64,000 bases of DNA from Psammoneis japonica (lineage: Eukaryota): positions 124,001 through 188,000 of the forward strand of contig QPGO01000091.1 in the NCBI GenBank assembly GCA_008632985.1. The letters are read 5' to 3'. The notes under the pieces were generated by a model, which was not told the DNA's origin, made no database searches, and was given only the letters and a program-made list of their open reading frames with translations. A program made the position numbers and the translations under genes. Shown piece after piece: positions 25,115-36,178 of this stretch. Within the stretch, counting starts at the first letter, position 1. Every line of letters starts with the position of its first letter.

Positions 25115-27383
25115 ATGAAAACTTGCGCCTGCAGCACCTCTGGCTCAACGCGCAGCATTCCCATTGCGACAGAACTTCAAAAGCAAGATGACAACGCCAA
25201 CGCGATCGTGCGTGGATTTTTCCATTTCCTCCGATGTTTCTTTCTCTGTGAAAGACGAAGATGAGAGCAACACTCCCGCGGTTGTCACCCCGATCTCAAA
25301 GGGTTCAGACGCATCAGGCTTCCCTTGAGATCGCAATGGCGACTGCTGCAACAACGAGAATTTTGGAGCACCGATGGCGAAAACTCCAAATGCAAAGGAA
25401 GCCACAGCTCACTTTGACAGTCTCCTCTCTTTTCTTGGAATTCCATCTGGCTCTGCTGACGCCACAGCGGCATCTGCTCTGCTCAAAGAGCTTGGTGCTG
25501 CTGCAATCGGAGACCTCGAGTTTCTAGAGGAAAAGGATTTCCACAGCTGCATCCATCGATTTCTCGATTTGCCCAGTGCAAACTCCTTCACACAGCATTG
25601 TTCCTTCAAAATGGGGGCTCATTGGACAATGTGACCTCCTTTGAGGATCTGCGTGATGCTGTGAAATCTGGAAAGGCATGCGAACGAGATTGTCCTCGCA
25701 CAAGTCTGAAGAGAACCCTCACCCGAAAAAGGAGCTTGGCCCTGTTGTCACCCCAAACGTTGGAGGCAACAAATTTGCCGCTTCTCGTGGCACGCTTTCA
25801 AGATTTCCAGGGTCGTCTTTGGAGAGTCTAGTTTCTGGACGGCACCTCAACCCGGCCTGCAAAGACAAGGAAGGTGCCTGCTTCATTTGTTGCGACGGTG
25901 CGCACTTTCAGCACATCCTCAACTTTCTCCGCATCGGAGCTGCGGCGACTCTTCCAAAAGGAGCCACGGCCAGAGAGGCCCTTGTCATTGAAGCTGATTT
26001 CTATGGTCTTGACGAGCTTGTCCGAGCAATCACCTTCCCCAAGATTGATGTCGACGATTTCCTCGATGAGGAGACTGTCAAGATTCGCAAGGAGGAGGAT
26101 GCACTTCGTGAGGCCTTTGCAGCTGGATCAGCTGCCAGTTTTGATCGCCACAGGGGACTCATTCCTCTCTTTTGTCCAGATGACGGGCCTCCTTTGCTTC
26201 TGTCGACTTTTCAACCTGAATCCCATTCAAGTGAAAACCATCACTTGCTTGTGAAAAACCTGCACAAAAACGAAGCAACGGACAGCACACCAGTCACGGT
26301 GGGAGAGCTCAGCAAGTTTGAGACCAACTTCAATCGAGAGCATCCAAACATGCTCCACAGGCTATCGGGAGTCCTTCGTGAGGAGCCTGTCGTGATTGCT
26401 GGTGGGGCGGTGCTTCGTTGTCTCACCTCCAGTGCTGGCATTCGCACGGCAAATTGCTGGGGCGAGAAAAGCGACATTGATGTGTTCCTACACTGCAGCA
26501 ACGTGGATGAAGCCAACAGGATCGCGAGGCGTATCTGGCGCGCATTGACAGTGGACGACGAAAGGTGGGTGATTGTACGAAGTCGTGGAGTCATCACCAT
26601 CCATGACTCCGTGGATAGCATGAAAACGCAGACGCTTCAAATCGTTCTTCGGTTGCATCAGTCTCCCGCCGAGATCCTTCTGGGTTTCGATTGCGACTGC
26701 TGCTGCTGCCTTTTTACGACGGGATATCCGTTTGGGTGACCCCAAGATGGCTTCATGCTGTTCAACATGGCGTCAACATCTTGAACCCGCTCCATGCGTG
26801 GCCAAACAAACCATCTCACGAACTACGCTTGGCAAAGTACGCTTGTCGTGGTTTCGCTGTTGCCATTCCAGGACTGGATCAGACGCGCATCGACTACGAC
26901 CGAATTCGCCGCACAGATCTTTGCAATCTCAAGGGTTTGGCGAGGCTGTTGAAAGTGTCGTTTGAAATTGAGCGCTCGCGCAATCATTCATCCGATGGCG
27001 TTCGCAACATTGATACTCTAAGAAGTGACCAAGATAGTTGTACCGAAATTTCAGAGCATGTGATCCATGGGAGAACTGGAGATTACGATGAATTTGACGA
27101 CATTGCAGTGATTATCCCTTCTGATTATCACGATGATGTCGGTGAAGTCCTAGCTGGCATGTGGTGGTGGCATTGGGATACTCCTTTCCCACTGGCCATT
27201 GACTGCCGAGATCAAGTCTGGGAAGAAATTGAAAACAACGAAAGCCCTCCCAACGGGGTACCAGGACGACTCTCGGACGCCTGGAACCTTGAGAAGAAGT
27301 CTCGTGAGTACTTGAACGCCACCATTGACAAGCTTGATCTCGACAACTTGTACTACATGCAGGCGTACAAGACCAAAGACTGA
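25115..27383 (+). pseudogene. BTB/POZ plus putative nucleotidyltransferase-fold gene, copy 2 (frameshifted; 5' part hypermutated, 3' part nearly intact)
   Basis: ORF pieces 25374-25634, 25678-26739 and 26691-27383 are colinear with copy 1. BTB motif reads GACFICCDGAHFQHILNFLR against KCTD consensus G.YFIDRDG..FRYILNFLR. Confidence 0.88.
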
Positions 27384-27551
27384 TGAGGGCGGGCCTCATT
27401 TATTTAGTACTTGAAATAGGGGAGAGTGTATTGGGAGACATATGTTGCATCAAGAACCAACATTTGCATTATAGCGCTACTGTAGCGTGAAGTTCAAATC
27501 ATGGACCCATCCTCAAATTACCATGCATGTCTTAGGTAATGAACTGTTCTT

Positions 27552-29309
27552 TTACAACAACACAGCTAGCTTTAGTATTCGTTCCTTAAGCTTGTCTTTG
27601 TCGAACGCGTCGTCTTGAGGCAGGGAACGTACGAATCGAATCAGACACGACAAGAGACCCGTCTGTTTCGCCAAGACGCGTTGATTGCATACGGGTGTAG
27701 AAAGACTCATCAAGGTCTTGACAGCCAACCGGCGGACTTGGTCAATGTTGTCCATGTTGTTGTTTTGGGAAGCTACTGAAATCAATGCTTCCAACACTCG
27801 GGGAGTGCGAACCAAGATTGTCAATAGCTCTCGTCCTTGTGCTAGCTTCCAAAAGGTTTGCACCACCCGCAACTTTGTTTCTCGTGTTGAAAATTTGCTG
27901 GATGCCACGTGACTCAATGCCACGAGTATTTCGTTACTGCAGATTCGCTCTTGTAGTAGAAATTCTTGTTCGTTCTCTACATATTCCAAAACAGTGCGGA
28001 CAGCAACAGCAACAACCTCTTGATTGTTGCAATACATCATGGCCGCCAGGCTCTCGAGCGCGTGAAGGATGTATTGCGAAGAAAACCCATTGTTGCACAT
28101 GAAGCAAAAGATGTTTGCAATCAACAGTGTCGCTTCCAAGCATGTAGTATTTGCGTTTACATCGCTTTGTTTGTCCAGCACAAGTTCCTCGAGAGACTCG
28201 AGTAGCTCGTCAACCTTGTCGGGCGGCACGTGTTGCATGAGCGGTTTGACACTGACGCGAGTCAATGCAAGCAATCCGTCAATTGCGTATTGTCGTACGG
28301 ACAAGATGCACACAATATCCACAAGAGCTTTCAACAACAGTGTTGTGTGACAAACAACACCACAATTCCTTGCCATTTCAGCGAGACACGTCGTGGCGTC
28401 CATTGCAATGTCGGCACGACTATTCTCCGTGGCAAGAGTGTGCAATGTATTTACAAGTTGTGTGCACCCGACCAGTCGTCTCGCCATTTCGGTTGAATAG
28501 CATAGGCATTCCACAAACAAGAGCAAGTCTCGAGTTGAATGCGCATTGGCAAATAGGTTGTTCCAATCGATTTCATCTTGTTTGCCACGGAGGAGCTGTT
28601 GAGCCACGGCATGATACAAGTCGTTCTTGTCAAAATTGGACCTTGTTTTTGTAATAACACTAGCGGCAGCGTATATCGCTATAGCTGTACTACTTCTGCC
28701 CGAACAAGCCAAAGGCTCCAGTATTTGCAGTACCATGATCGTCACTTGTTTTTGTTCTTGTCGTCCTTGTCGACCAACCAGTAGTAGCACAAGACACTTG
28801 AGCAGGCTAGACGTTTTGGCAAACTCTTGTCGGTATGCGTCGTGTCTTGCCAAGAGCCAAGCAATTTGTAAACAATGCCTTTGGGTAGAATAGGATCGTT
28901 GACTTTTCAGTACTAGACTCAACATCTGCAACACCTCCTTGTACTCGTCAAATTCCATGTATTGTTGTTGATAATTGGCAGTCTCGTACAATTGCACAAG
29001 ACAATGACAAGCTAGACCAATGACTTGTTCATTTCCTGTCGTAGTATTTATGCAATACCCCAAATGTATCAAGAGCACATTTTGAATGGATTGTGCTGTT
29101 GAAATTCTTACTATACCGCCCGGACGTTGTAGTTGCGTCAATAGAATCTCGAGCAAACCAATTCGTTTTTTGTTGTCGTTGCAAATGGACAAGTCTTGAA
29201 GAATCGTTTCGAGTGTACTATGATGGTCTTGAACAATAGCAGTTGACGATTGATGTCTTGATATTTTTCGTTTCTTTGTGCATGGCACATTGTTGTCACT
29301 CATCATCAT
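27552..29309 (-). CDS. Armadillo/ARM-type alpha-solenoid protein
   Basis: Long uninterrupted Leu/Ala-rich helical ORF with NLS-like KKRK near the start and a C-terminal N.RVLAKQ.GLLSCLIRF repeat-like end. Confidence 0.75.
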   Translation of the reverse strand: MMMSDNNVPCTKKRKISRHQSSTAIVQDHHSTLETILQDLSICNDNKKRIGLLEILLTQLQRPGGIVRISTAQSIQNVLLIHLGYCINTTTGNEQVIGLACHCLVQLYETANYQQQYMEFDEYKEVLQMLSLVLKSQRSYSTQRHCLQIAWLLARHDAYRQEFAKTSSLLKCLVLLLVGRQGRQEQKQVTIMVLQILEPLACSGRSSTAIAIYAAASVITKTRSNFDKNDLYHAVAQQLLRGKQDEIDWNNLFANAHSTRDLLLFVECLCYSTEMARRLVGCTQLVNTLHTLATENSRADIAMDATTCLAEMARNCGVVCHTTLLLKALVDIVCILSVRQYAIDGLLALTRVSVKPLMQHVPPDKVDELLESLEELVLDKQSDVNANTTCLEATLLIANIFCFMCNNGFSSQYILHALESLAAMMYCNNQEVVAVAVRTVLEYVENEQEFLLQERICSNEILVALSHVASSKFSTRETKLRVVQTFWKLAQGRELLTILVRTPRVLEALISVASQNNNMDNIDQVRRLAVKTLMSLSTPVCNQRVLAKQTGLLSCLIRFVRSLPQDDAFDKDKLKERILKLAVLL

Positions 29310-29562
29310 GGTGAGTTTTGGTGGGAGTTTCACACATTTTTTGAGTAGCTTGGCGATGAAAATGTGAGCTTGTGTCGCCAACCGTTGGAAAAGCGTTATT
29401 TGGATAAATATACTATAAGAGTCTGAATAAATAATTTAAAATCCATCCGTTAGAACGATTTGAGTCGATTGAATCAAAGATCGGTCATTGCTCGCGCGAC
29501 ACACGACAACACGCGACGTGCGACGCAACACAGCAGAAACAAAACACAACAAACGCAACACC

Positions 29563-31058
29563 ATGAGCTACAAACAAAACGCCGCCGCCAACCGCGACGC
29601 CCTCTTTGGAGGAGCCAGTGGTAAGAAAAAGAACTCTTCTAAAAAGAGTAATTACAAGCAAGACGCGTCAGCGAATCGCGATGCTTTGTTTAGCGGTGCA
29701 TCATCAGGAGGAGGTCGCGCTGCTGCATCATCAACAACTCGCCCCAGCACGAGTAGTCAATCAACAGCCGAAAAACCAAAAACAACATCATCCGGTTCTT
29801 CTGGTTACATGTACGGTGTCAAGACGACGTATGGTCAATCGAAAAAGCCGACACGCCCAGCAAGAAACTCATGCAACGCGGTGTCTTTTCCAAACCCGAC
29901 CCGGTCGCCGCCAGCATGTATTACAAGCGTGCTGCCGAAGCCTATATGCAGTGCGGGGAAGTACGTTTGGAAAGAATTCATCGCATTGCCTCGGCGGATT
30001 GTCAAGCACGACAGGGAGCGTATGCGACCGCGGCGGCGGACTATGTGCGTGCGGCTGAGCTTGTGGAGGAATCGAATGAAATGAGTTTGGAAGAACAACG
30101 AAACGAAGCGTCTCGATTGTATTTGCAAGCAGCAGAGAATTTTACGCAAATGAATGAACCCGCCAAGGCTGGTAAATACAGAATCAAGGCAGCCATGGCG
30201 TGGACATATGGTGATGATTCGGGTGTGTTGGATAAGCGCACCATGGTGGCACTCGAAGAAGCCATTGAAGGTTATTGTCCCGATTTGCTCAATCGACACG
30301 CACGATACCGACAAACGGGAACGAGTGCCTTTGTCAATCCCGAACACCCCGAACCCACACCGGAAGATTTGCAAATGGCCAAGCATCATTTAGTCACGTC
30401 TTCGTATGCGCACGAGCCCGTCATGGAGTTGGTCTACGTCTTTATCGAGAACCGCGAATACCCCTCAGCCTTGTACGCAGCAGGAGCCGCGTCTGCCATT
30501 TTGGAAAAGGATGGCATTTCCACCCTGACGTTGGGACGCACGTTTGTGGTGGAAACCATTTTGCTACTCGCCATGGGCGATCCCGTCGGTGCCGAACAGC
30601 TCTTTTTGAACACGCACGTCCAACAAACATCCTATTTGAGTTCAAGAGAATGCCGATTGGCCGAAGACTTGTTTCGTGCCGTGCTACAGCGAGATGGAGA
30701 TGCGCTCGAGGAGACCCGATCCCCGCACGGACCCAACCGTGCCGCACTGGCTAATTTGCATCCCAAGGCACGAGAGCTCGTGATGCAACTCCGCATTAGT
30801 GGTGTAGCGAAAAAGACGAGTAGCACGAAAAAGAAGACGGCGCCGGTTGCACCGATTCCACAACAAGAAGAAGAGGATGATGAGTTTGTTTCGTCCAATC
30901 CGGAAACCGAGGCACCACCGCCATCGGCAGCACAACAAACCGACATTGATGAGTTGCATGCGGAAATGGACGATTTACTCAATGACATGGGACTCGGATC
31001 CGATACGGAAAGTGAAGGGGAAGAAGATTCCGATGACGATGAATTGGATTTGCGTTAG
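29563..31058 (+). CDS. Gamma-SNAP-like (soluble NSF attachment) TPR protein; frame break near 29850
   Basis: GVFSKPDPVAASMYYKRAAEAY, YLQAAE, ILLLAMGDPVGA, YLSSREC.LAEDL, acidic tail ending ELDLR. The N-terminal repeat (A.ANRDALF.GA x2) is in another frame. Confidence 0.8.
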
Positions 31059-31354
31059 ATACATTAAAATGTACTGTAGTTGTTTGGTCGTTGTTGTTTT
31101 TCACGCACACAAGTACTTGTATGGTGTTTTGCAGTGGCGAAAGATCCATTTGACATACTACAGGGTACAAAAGCGTGCTGCAACAGACAGCAGCTGCCTA
31201 TTCTACTTTACCCGGGAAACGAAGTCGAAGATTCGGATGACGTGAATTGGTTTCGCGTTGTATGACTCTAGCTAGTGTAGTACTACTCATACTGTGGCTA
31301 GTGTGATCTTACATCTAATTGTGTAAAACACGTGTTGCTAGATTTTCAATTTTG

Positions 31355-32410
31355 CTATTCGTCATCCTGTTCTGCTTGCGGCAAAAAGAGATTTTGCTTG
31401 CCACATCCACAACTATCTTCAATTTCTTGTTCCTCTTGGGTCATGCGCATCATGGCGGCTCGTGCTGACAATTCTCGTCTCGACAAATGTTGCTCTTGTC
31501 GACTAGTAGTAGTGCCACCAAGGCGATACGCGCCGCCCTCGTACAATATGTCACTGTCTTCGCCATGACTGCTACCAGTAGACAATCCCGCTCCACCGGT
31601 CCAATCCATTTCATTGCATTCTCGTTCAATCTGTCTCATTAATTGAAAAAAGTTGTTGTCATGCTCGGAATGGACATTGTGACTTAGTTCGTGAAATAGC
31701 ACTTTGCGTATGCTGAGAATTTTGCGAAAACCTTGCAAATCATCGGTACGAAGTCTCAGCAATATCTTTTGTCCCTTGTTTTGATTGAGACCCATGACAC
31801 AAACAGCCGACTCGCCTACTTTACCATCGGGTGCCAGCTCTGCTAGACATGGCACGTTCCATTGGTGCTTGGCCAGGCACGCCAAAATGCCAGGGTCCTT
31901 GGCGAGGCTTTCCAGAATTGCGTGTGCCTTTTCGCGATTCGGAAATTGCGGGAGGGTTTCAATTTTGCCAAATCCATATTGTGGAATACTAGTGTGGCTA
32001 GAACGTGTTGCTTTCTTCATGGCTTGTCTTCCCAACCGCTGTCGTCTCTTGATATCGGCTTGTCCTTGTTTCGTCAAGTCGTCCTTGATTCGAGGTGCAT
32101 TCTGGAATTCGTCTTGCATGGCCTTGACTTGGCTTGGGGAAACACCACTTGCCAAGAGACGATAATGTTTCTTTCTGCTTTGTTGCAGTTGTAATACGTC
32201 AAACAAGTCATCTTGGTCGTTCAAAACTTTTCCCTTGAACATGAGCTTGATGTGTCGACACGTCAAATCATTGCTGTCGATGGACGACGACACGAGCCGT
32301 TCTTTCACTGTTTCGACTGTCGTTCCTGGAACCAGCGGTTCTTCAATCTTAACACCACGAAAGGTAACACTGATGGTAGGTGGAGCTTCTTGTTGTACTG
32401 TGGGCGCCAT
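31355..32410 (-). CDS. Ubiquitin-like plus WLM (Wss1-like) metalloprotease
   Basis: N-terminal Ubl (IKLMFKGKVL), GLNQNKGQKILLRLRTDD, zinc motif HELSHNVHSEHD..F. Confidence 0.92.
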   Translation of the reverse strand: MAPTVQQEAPPTISVTFRGVKIEEPLVPGTTVETVKERLVSSSIDSNDLTCRHIKLMFKGKVLNDQDDLFDVLQLQQSRKKHYRLLASGVSPSQVKAMQDEFQNAPRIKDDLTKQGQADIKRRQRLGRQAMKKATRSSHTSIPQYGFGKIETLPQFPNREKAHAILESLAKDPGILACLAKHQWNVPCLAELAPDGKVGESAVCVMGLNQNKGQKILLRLRTDDLQGFRKILSIRKVLFHELSHNVHSEHDNNFFQLMRQIERECNEMDWTGGAGLSTGSSHGEDSDILYEGGAYRLGGTTTSRQEQHLSRRELSARAAMMRMTQEEQEIEDSCGCGKQNLFLPQAEQDDE

Positions 32411-33031
32411 GGTTTAGCCTCGTAGGGGAATGGAGAAATAAAATAATAATGCCATGGTCATGCGTTGCGTTTGGTCGTCGGGAAGAGCAGTGCCGAAGGC
32501 GGAAACCAAAGTTCTTTCATGTTCGTGGGAGTTCCTCGTAGAAATGTTACTGTGGCTACATGACGTTCGTCCATGGTTCCGTTGCGAGTTGCGACAGGAG
32601 AACTATCGTCTGTCTGTCTTCCCTCATGCTCCGAAGGAGTTTGAGAGTTCGCTGGTTTACCGTACAGTTTCTCGCCCCTGTTTAAAGTAGACTGAGCTTC
32701 CTATTGTAAAAGTACCCTTTATTATGCTACGTCTAAACCAAAGCTCACCAAAACTTGTCCTTGATGATTGGACCGGAGCTGCTTGCAGCTGAGAAAAAAG
32801 GAAGATTTTGAGTCCGCATTGGTGCCCAACTCTCAATTCACTCGTGTCCAGTACAATCCTTTTTCGACACCAATCAAGTTCATTACTCCCATGGAATGCA
32901 ACAAATCCAAGCCAAGCGCAACCAACTCATCCATGATACTTGTCCGTAGATAACTGCCCCACGCTTCCTCGTGTCGTCGAAAATCTGCAAGCACCCTGAA
33001 ATGACGAAGGTTCAACGACAAATGCATCCTT

Positions 33032-33796
33032 TCATGTTGCTCCATCCTCTTCTGCGATACCAAAAGCTGCTAGGACATCCGGCCACTCATTGAGTGCCAG
33101 ATCCCATGACTGCAAACAAGCCAATGTCAAACGATTAATGTCAACGTTTTTGTTGCTGTTGACTGAAACATCTTTTTTGCTACAAAATTGCTTGATTCGA
33201 GTTTCTGTCGGAGGGCTTGCATGACTTCCAAAATGCACAAGACAACCATGCACTAGCATCGGTTTCCCTTTACGAACAAGAGAAGCCAAGTGGCCTTCCA
33301 GCATAAAACTCAAGAGACAGTCGTCTCGATCGTCAATGAGATGCGTCATTCTCATGTGTCGCGCAACAGCGCCCTTTCCAACCTTTCCAAGCGCCACACG
33401 AGGACCCCTCTTGTCCTGGGGATTCAACGGAACAAGCTGGATTTTACCATTTGCTCCACCTGCTCGATTCGTACAAAATAGTACGTTGCGAGGGTGCATT
33501 CCGGTTCGTTCCAAAAAGCTACCGCCACCGTCAATACTTCTGTTCAAGAACAACACAGTAGCAAGCTGCATTTTTTGACCGCATTTCGAGAGAATAAACG
33601 TGTTTTCTACGCCAAACAAATTCACGAGACGTTGACAGGCCATGGCACATTCCAACGAAGGAGTAAGGTGCTCGTTGGAAGCAATATAAGAGGCTAAATC
33701 GCCTGAATCCGTGTCGTTCTTGCTAATGACATTTCCCACGTCAATCGCTAACCTGGAGACGCCCGGTTGGAAAGCAACTTGTGGTATTGAAGTCAT
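33032..33796 (-). CDS. Hypothetical protein with HAD-like motifs
   Basis: LAIDVGNVI (motif I-like), FILSKCG, THLIDDR (motif IV-like); normal composition; start uncertain. Confidence 0.6.
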   Translation of the reverse strand: MTSIPQVAFQPGVSRLAIDVGNVISKNDTDSGDLASYIASNEHLTPSLECAMACQRLVNLFGVENTFILSKCGQKMQLATVLFLNRSIDGGGSFLERTGMHPRNVLFCTNRAGGANGKIQLVPLNPQDKRGPRVALGKVGKGAVARHMRMTHLIDDRDDCLLSFMLEGHLASLVRKGKPMLVHGCLVHFGSHASPPTETRIKQFCSKKDVSVNSNKNVDINRLTLACLQSWDLALNEWPDVLAAFGIAEEDGAT

Positions 33797-34015
33797 GCTG
33801 ATGGTAATGGATATCGAGACGAAAAAATAATGATGGATGATTTTCATTGCAAGGCGCAAAAACAGCGAACCTCGCAGAAGCACGACTCGGAGCAAGCACG
33901 ACTGACAGACTGTCACGACTGAAGAAATGAAAATCCCGAATGCGCCCGTCTGAAAATCAGCACGTCACCGTTCAAGTCAAATGCCAGTGGGTGGCTCATG
34001 TTCGTTGACCTCTTG

Positions 34016-34029
34016 AGTAGGGCCCTACT
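34016..34029. promoter_or_regulatory. Palindrome AGTAGGGCCCTACT
   Basis: Perfect 14-bp palindrome about 220 bp upstream of the ATG at 33796; recurrent motif, function unproven. Confidence 0.3.
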
Positions 34030-34212
34030 AGATAGAGCTAGAGAGACTTCAGCTTTCACCTACAATGACTGGCGACCAGAATGAAAATCGCAGTCTCGGT
34101 GTGCCGTGCGTCCGTCGTCGTTTCTTCTTCACAACTTTTCGAAAAATATCCCTCTGCTTAGGAAGAGCGGGTTCTGGGTATAATCATGGCGTAAGTGCGC
34201 TTGACATTTGTT

Positions 34213-35343
34213 TCAAGACAAGTCAATAGTTTCAGTTTCGGGTAGCTGCGTTATGTTTGGACAGAATCGGTACGAGTGACCCTTGACACCGCAATGAAAG
34301 CATTTCTGTCGAAACCTGCCAGTCGGCGGAACCGAGGATGCAGGAGGCGCAAGCTCTAGACCCGGAACAATGGCACGACAAGAACGAGCCGAAGTAAAAG
34401 ACGCGCCCTGTGGGTTTTCGTCGTGCTCTATGCTCTTTTCCTCGTTATCCACGCCCTTCCCAATGTTGTTTTCCTTTGCGTTCAACGCTTGTTTTCCATC
34501 GTCTACATAACAGTCTCCATGGCTTTGACTCGCAGCTCGGGCTCGTCGTCCTGAAAGATGATATAATACTTCGTGCCCTTGATCTAGCACATAGTTTCCG
34601 TACAAGTCGTGAGCGGCCATGCCATTTTCAAGAATATCGTCAAGTTGCGTCTGACCAATCAACTCTTCCAAATGATCTCCAGTAGAAATGTTACGATTCA
34701 ATACAAAGTCATGATAATAATCCGTCCTGGCAACATGAGTCCTTCCAAACCAAAAGACTAGAGGAATCAATGGAAAGTCGATTTCTGGAACAGACCGTGA
34801 TTCAATCTCCAAGCCATATCGTTTCCTTACTTTGTCCGGATAATTCATCGTTGCCGTGGCCATAAAGTGAACTGCTTTCAACCATGACGAATTCTGACGC
34901 ATGACTGATAATACAGAACGGAGCGGTACGCGTCGTACGAAGAAATTGTCGTGTTGACAAATCATGACAAAAGGAGTCTGAACTAGCGTATTTACCGCAT
35001 ACTGAATGGCTCTTGCACTTCCGTGACGCTCTTGTAGCACCAATTGTTCCACAGAACCTTGCACAACTGATGAGCCATCAAAGGGTTTTTCGCTTATTTT
35101 CTCTTGAAGTAATTTTAAGTGCTGACGGTACTTTTCCGCGGACTCAAAAAATACTTTTCCTCGCTTCAGACCCTCATCTTGGCCCAGTGCAACTTCGTCG
35201 CAGCCGTCGGCGACAATGACGATACGACACTCCCTCAACCCATCCACACGGTCAAAGCTACGAAACAATGCTTCCAAGAGTGCGGTAGAGGGATGGGAGG
35301 GAATGGGTGAAGTTTGAACAATCACCGTAACAAGCTGATCCAT
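34213..35343 (-). CDS. GT-A-fold glycosyltransferase-like protein with C-terminal CCHC zinc knuckle
   Basis: VTVIVQTSPIPSHPST, IVIVADG, VQTPFVMICQHD, YHLSGR, and CFHCGVKGHSYRFC. Confidence 0.75.
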   Translation of the reverse strand: MDQLVTVIVQTSPIPSHPSTALLEALFRSFDRVDGLRECRIVIVADGCDEVALGQDEGLKRGKVFFESAEKYRQHLKLLQEKISEKPFDGSSVVQGSVEQLVLQERHGSARAIQYAVNTLVQTPFVMICQHDNFFVRRVPLRSVLSVMRQNSSWLKAVHFMATATMNYPDKVRKRYGLEIESRSVPEIDFPLIPLVFWFGRTHVARTDYYHDFVLNRNISTGDHLEELIGQTQLDDILENGMAAHDLYGNYVLDQGHEVLYHLSGRRARAASQSHGDCYVDDGKQALNAKENNIGKGVDNEEKSIEHDENPQGASFTSARSCRAIVPGLELAPPASSVPPTGRFRQKCFHCGVKGHSYRFCPNITQLPETETIDLS

Positions 35344-35546
35344 GCTGCTGTTGGAGGCAAAAGAAAAAAAGAGCGAGAAAGCACCTGGTGTGCCTGGTGG
35401 CGCTGCAAAAAAAAAGAACCCCGGGCTTTGCCTATCTTTTCTTAACCTCGTTTTAGGAGTAGAAGAGGGAGCTCAGAAGATAGAAAGCAAAAGACCTAAT
35501 CTGTGCTGCGCTATGCTTGGCCGGCATGGTCGCTTCGACCTCGGCC

Positions 35547-36178
35547 CAGCAAGCAAGAAAGTCGTTCCAATCAAAAATAATGCTCCATGCTTTTTGACCC
35601 TCGCGCGCAAAAATTAAAAAACAAACTAAACCGCACAAAGAATCCATGGCTTGGACTCCAACTCCCGACCATGGCGGTCATTCTAAGAGAGAAATCGATG
35701 CGAAGAGATGGCCGTGACGAATCGAAACAGCTCGTTGTTGAAAATCATCAATAAAAGAACAACACCCGGGATTCCAACGTGGTCCCCCACCGTAGTACTA
35801 ACCGGGCCAGAAGATGCTTAACTTCGCTGAGCAGACGGGAAGCGGTGCTGTCATCTTTGTATCAGCAAGCAAGAAAGTCGTTCCAATCAAAAATAATGCT
35901 CCATGCTTTTTGACCCTCGCGCGCAAAAATTAAAAAACAAACTAAACCGCACAAAGAATCCATGGCTTGGACTCCAACTCCCGACCATGGCGGTCATTCT
36001 AAGAGAGAAATCGATGCGAAGAGATGGCCGTGACGAATCGAAACAGCTCGTTGTTGAAAATCATCAATAAAAGAACAACACCCGGGATTCCAACGTGGTC
36101 CCCCACCGTAGTACTAACCGGGCCAGATGATGCTTAACTTCGCTGAGCAGACGGGAAGCGGTGCTGTCTTCTTTGTAT
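35547..36178. repeat. Near-perfect tandem duplication, 316-bp unit (35547-35862, 35863-36178), carrying 5S rRNA sequence
   Basis: Units start cagcaagcaagaaagtcg; I see only two differences, both inside the 5S sequence. Confidence 0.93.
35754..35862 (-). pseudogene. 5'-truncated 5S rRNA copy
   Basis: Matches the 36070-36188 copy but lacks its first about 10 nt (5' strand of helix I). Confidence 0.85.

Noticed and set aside
35547..35750. Possible snRNA or 5S-derived SINE body next to 5S (AATTTTTG Sm-like sites on the minus strand)
   Set aside because: No U1/U2/U4/U5/U6 hallmark sequence recognised, and a T-run terminator follows the 5S directly.
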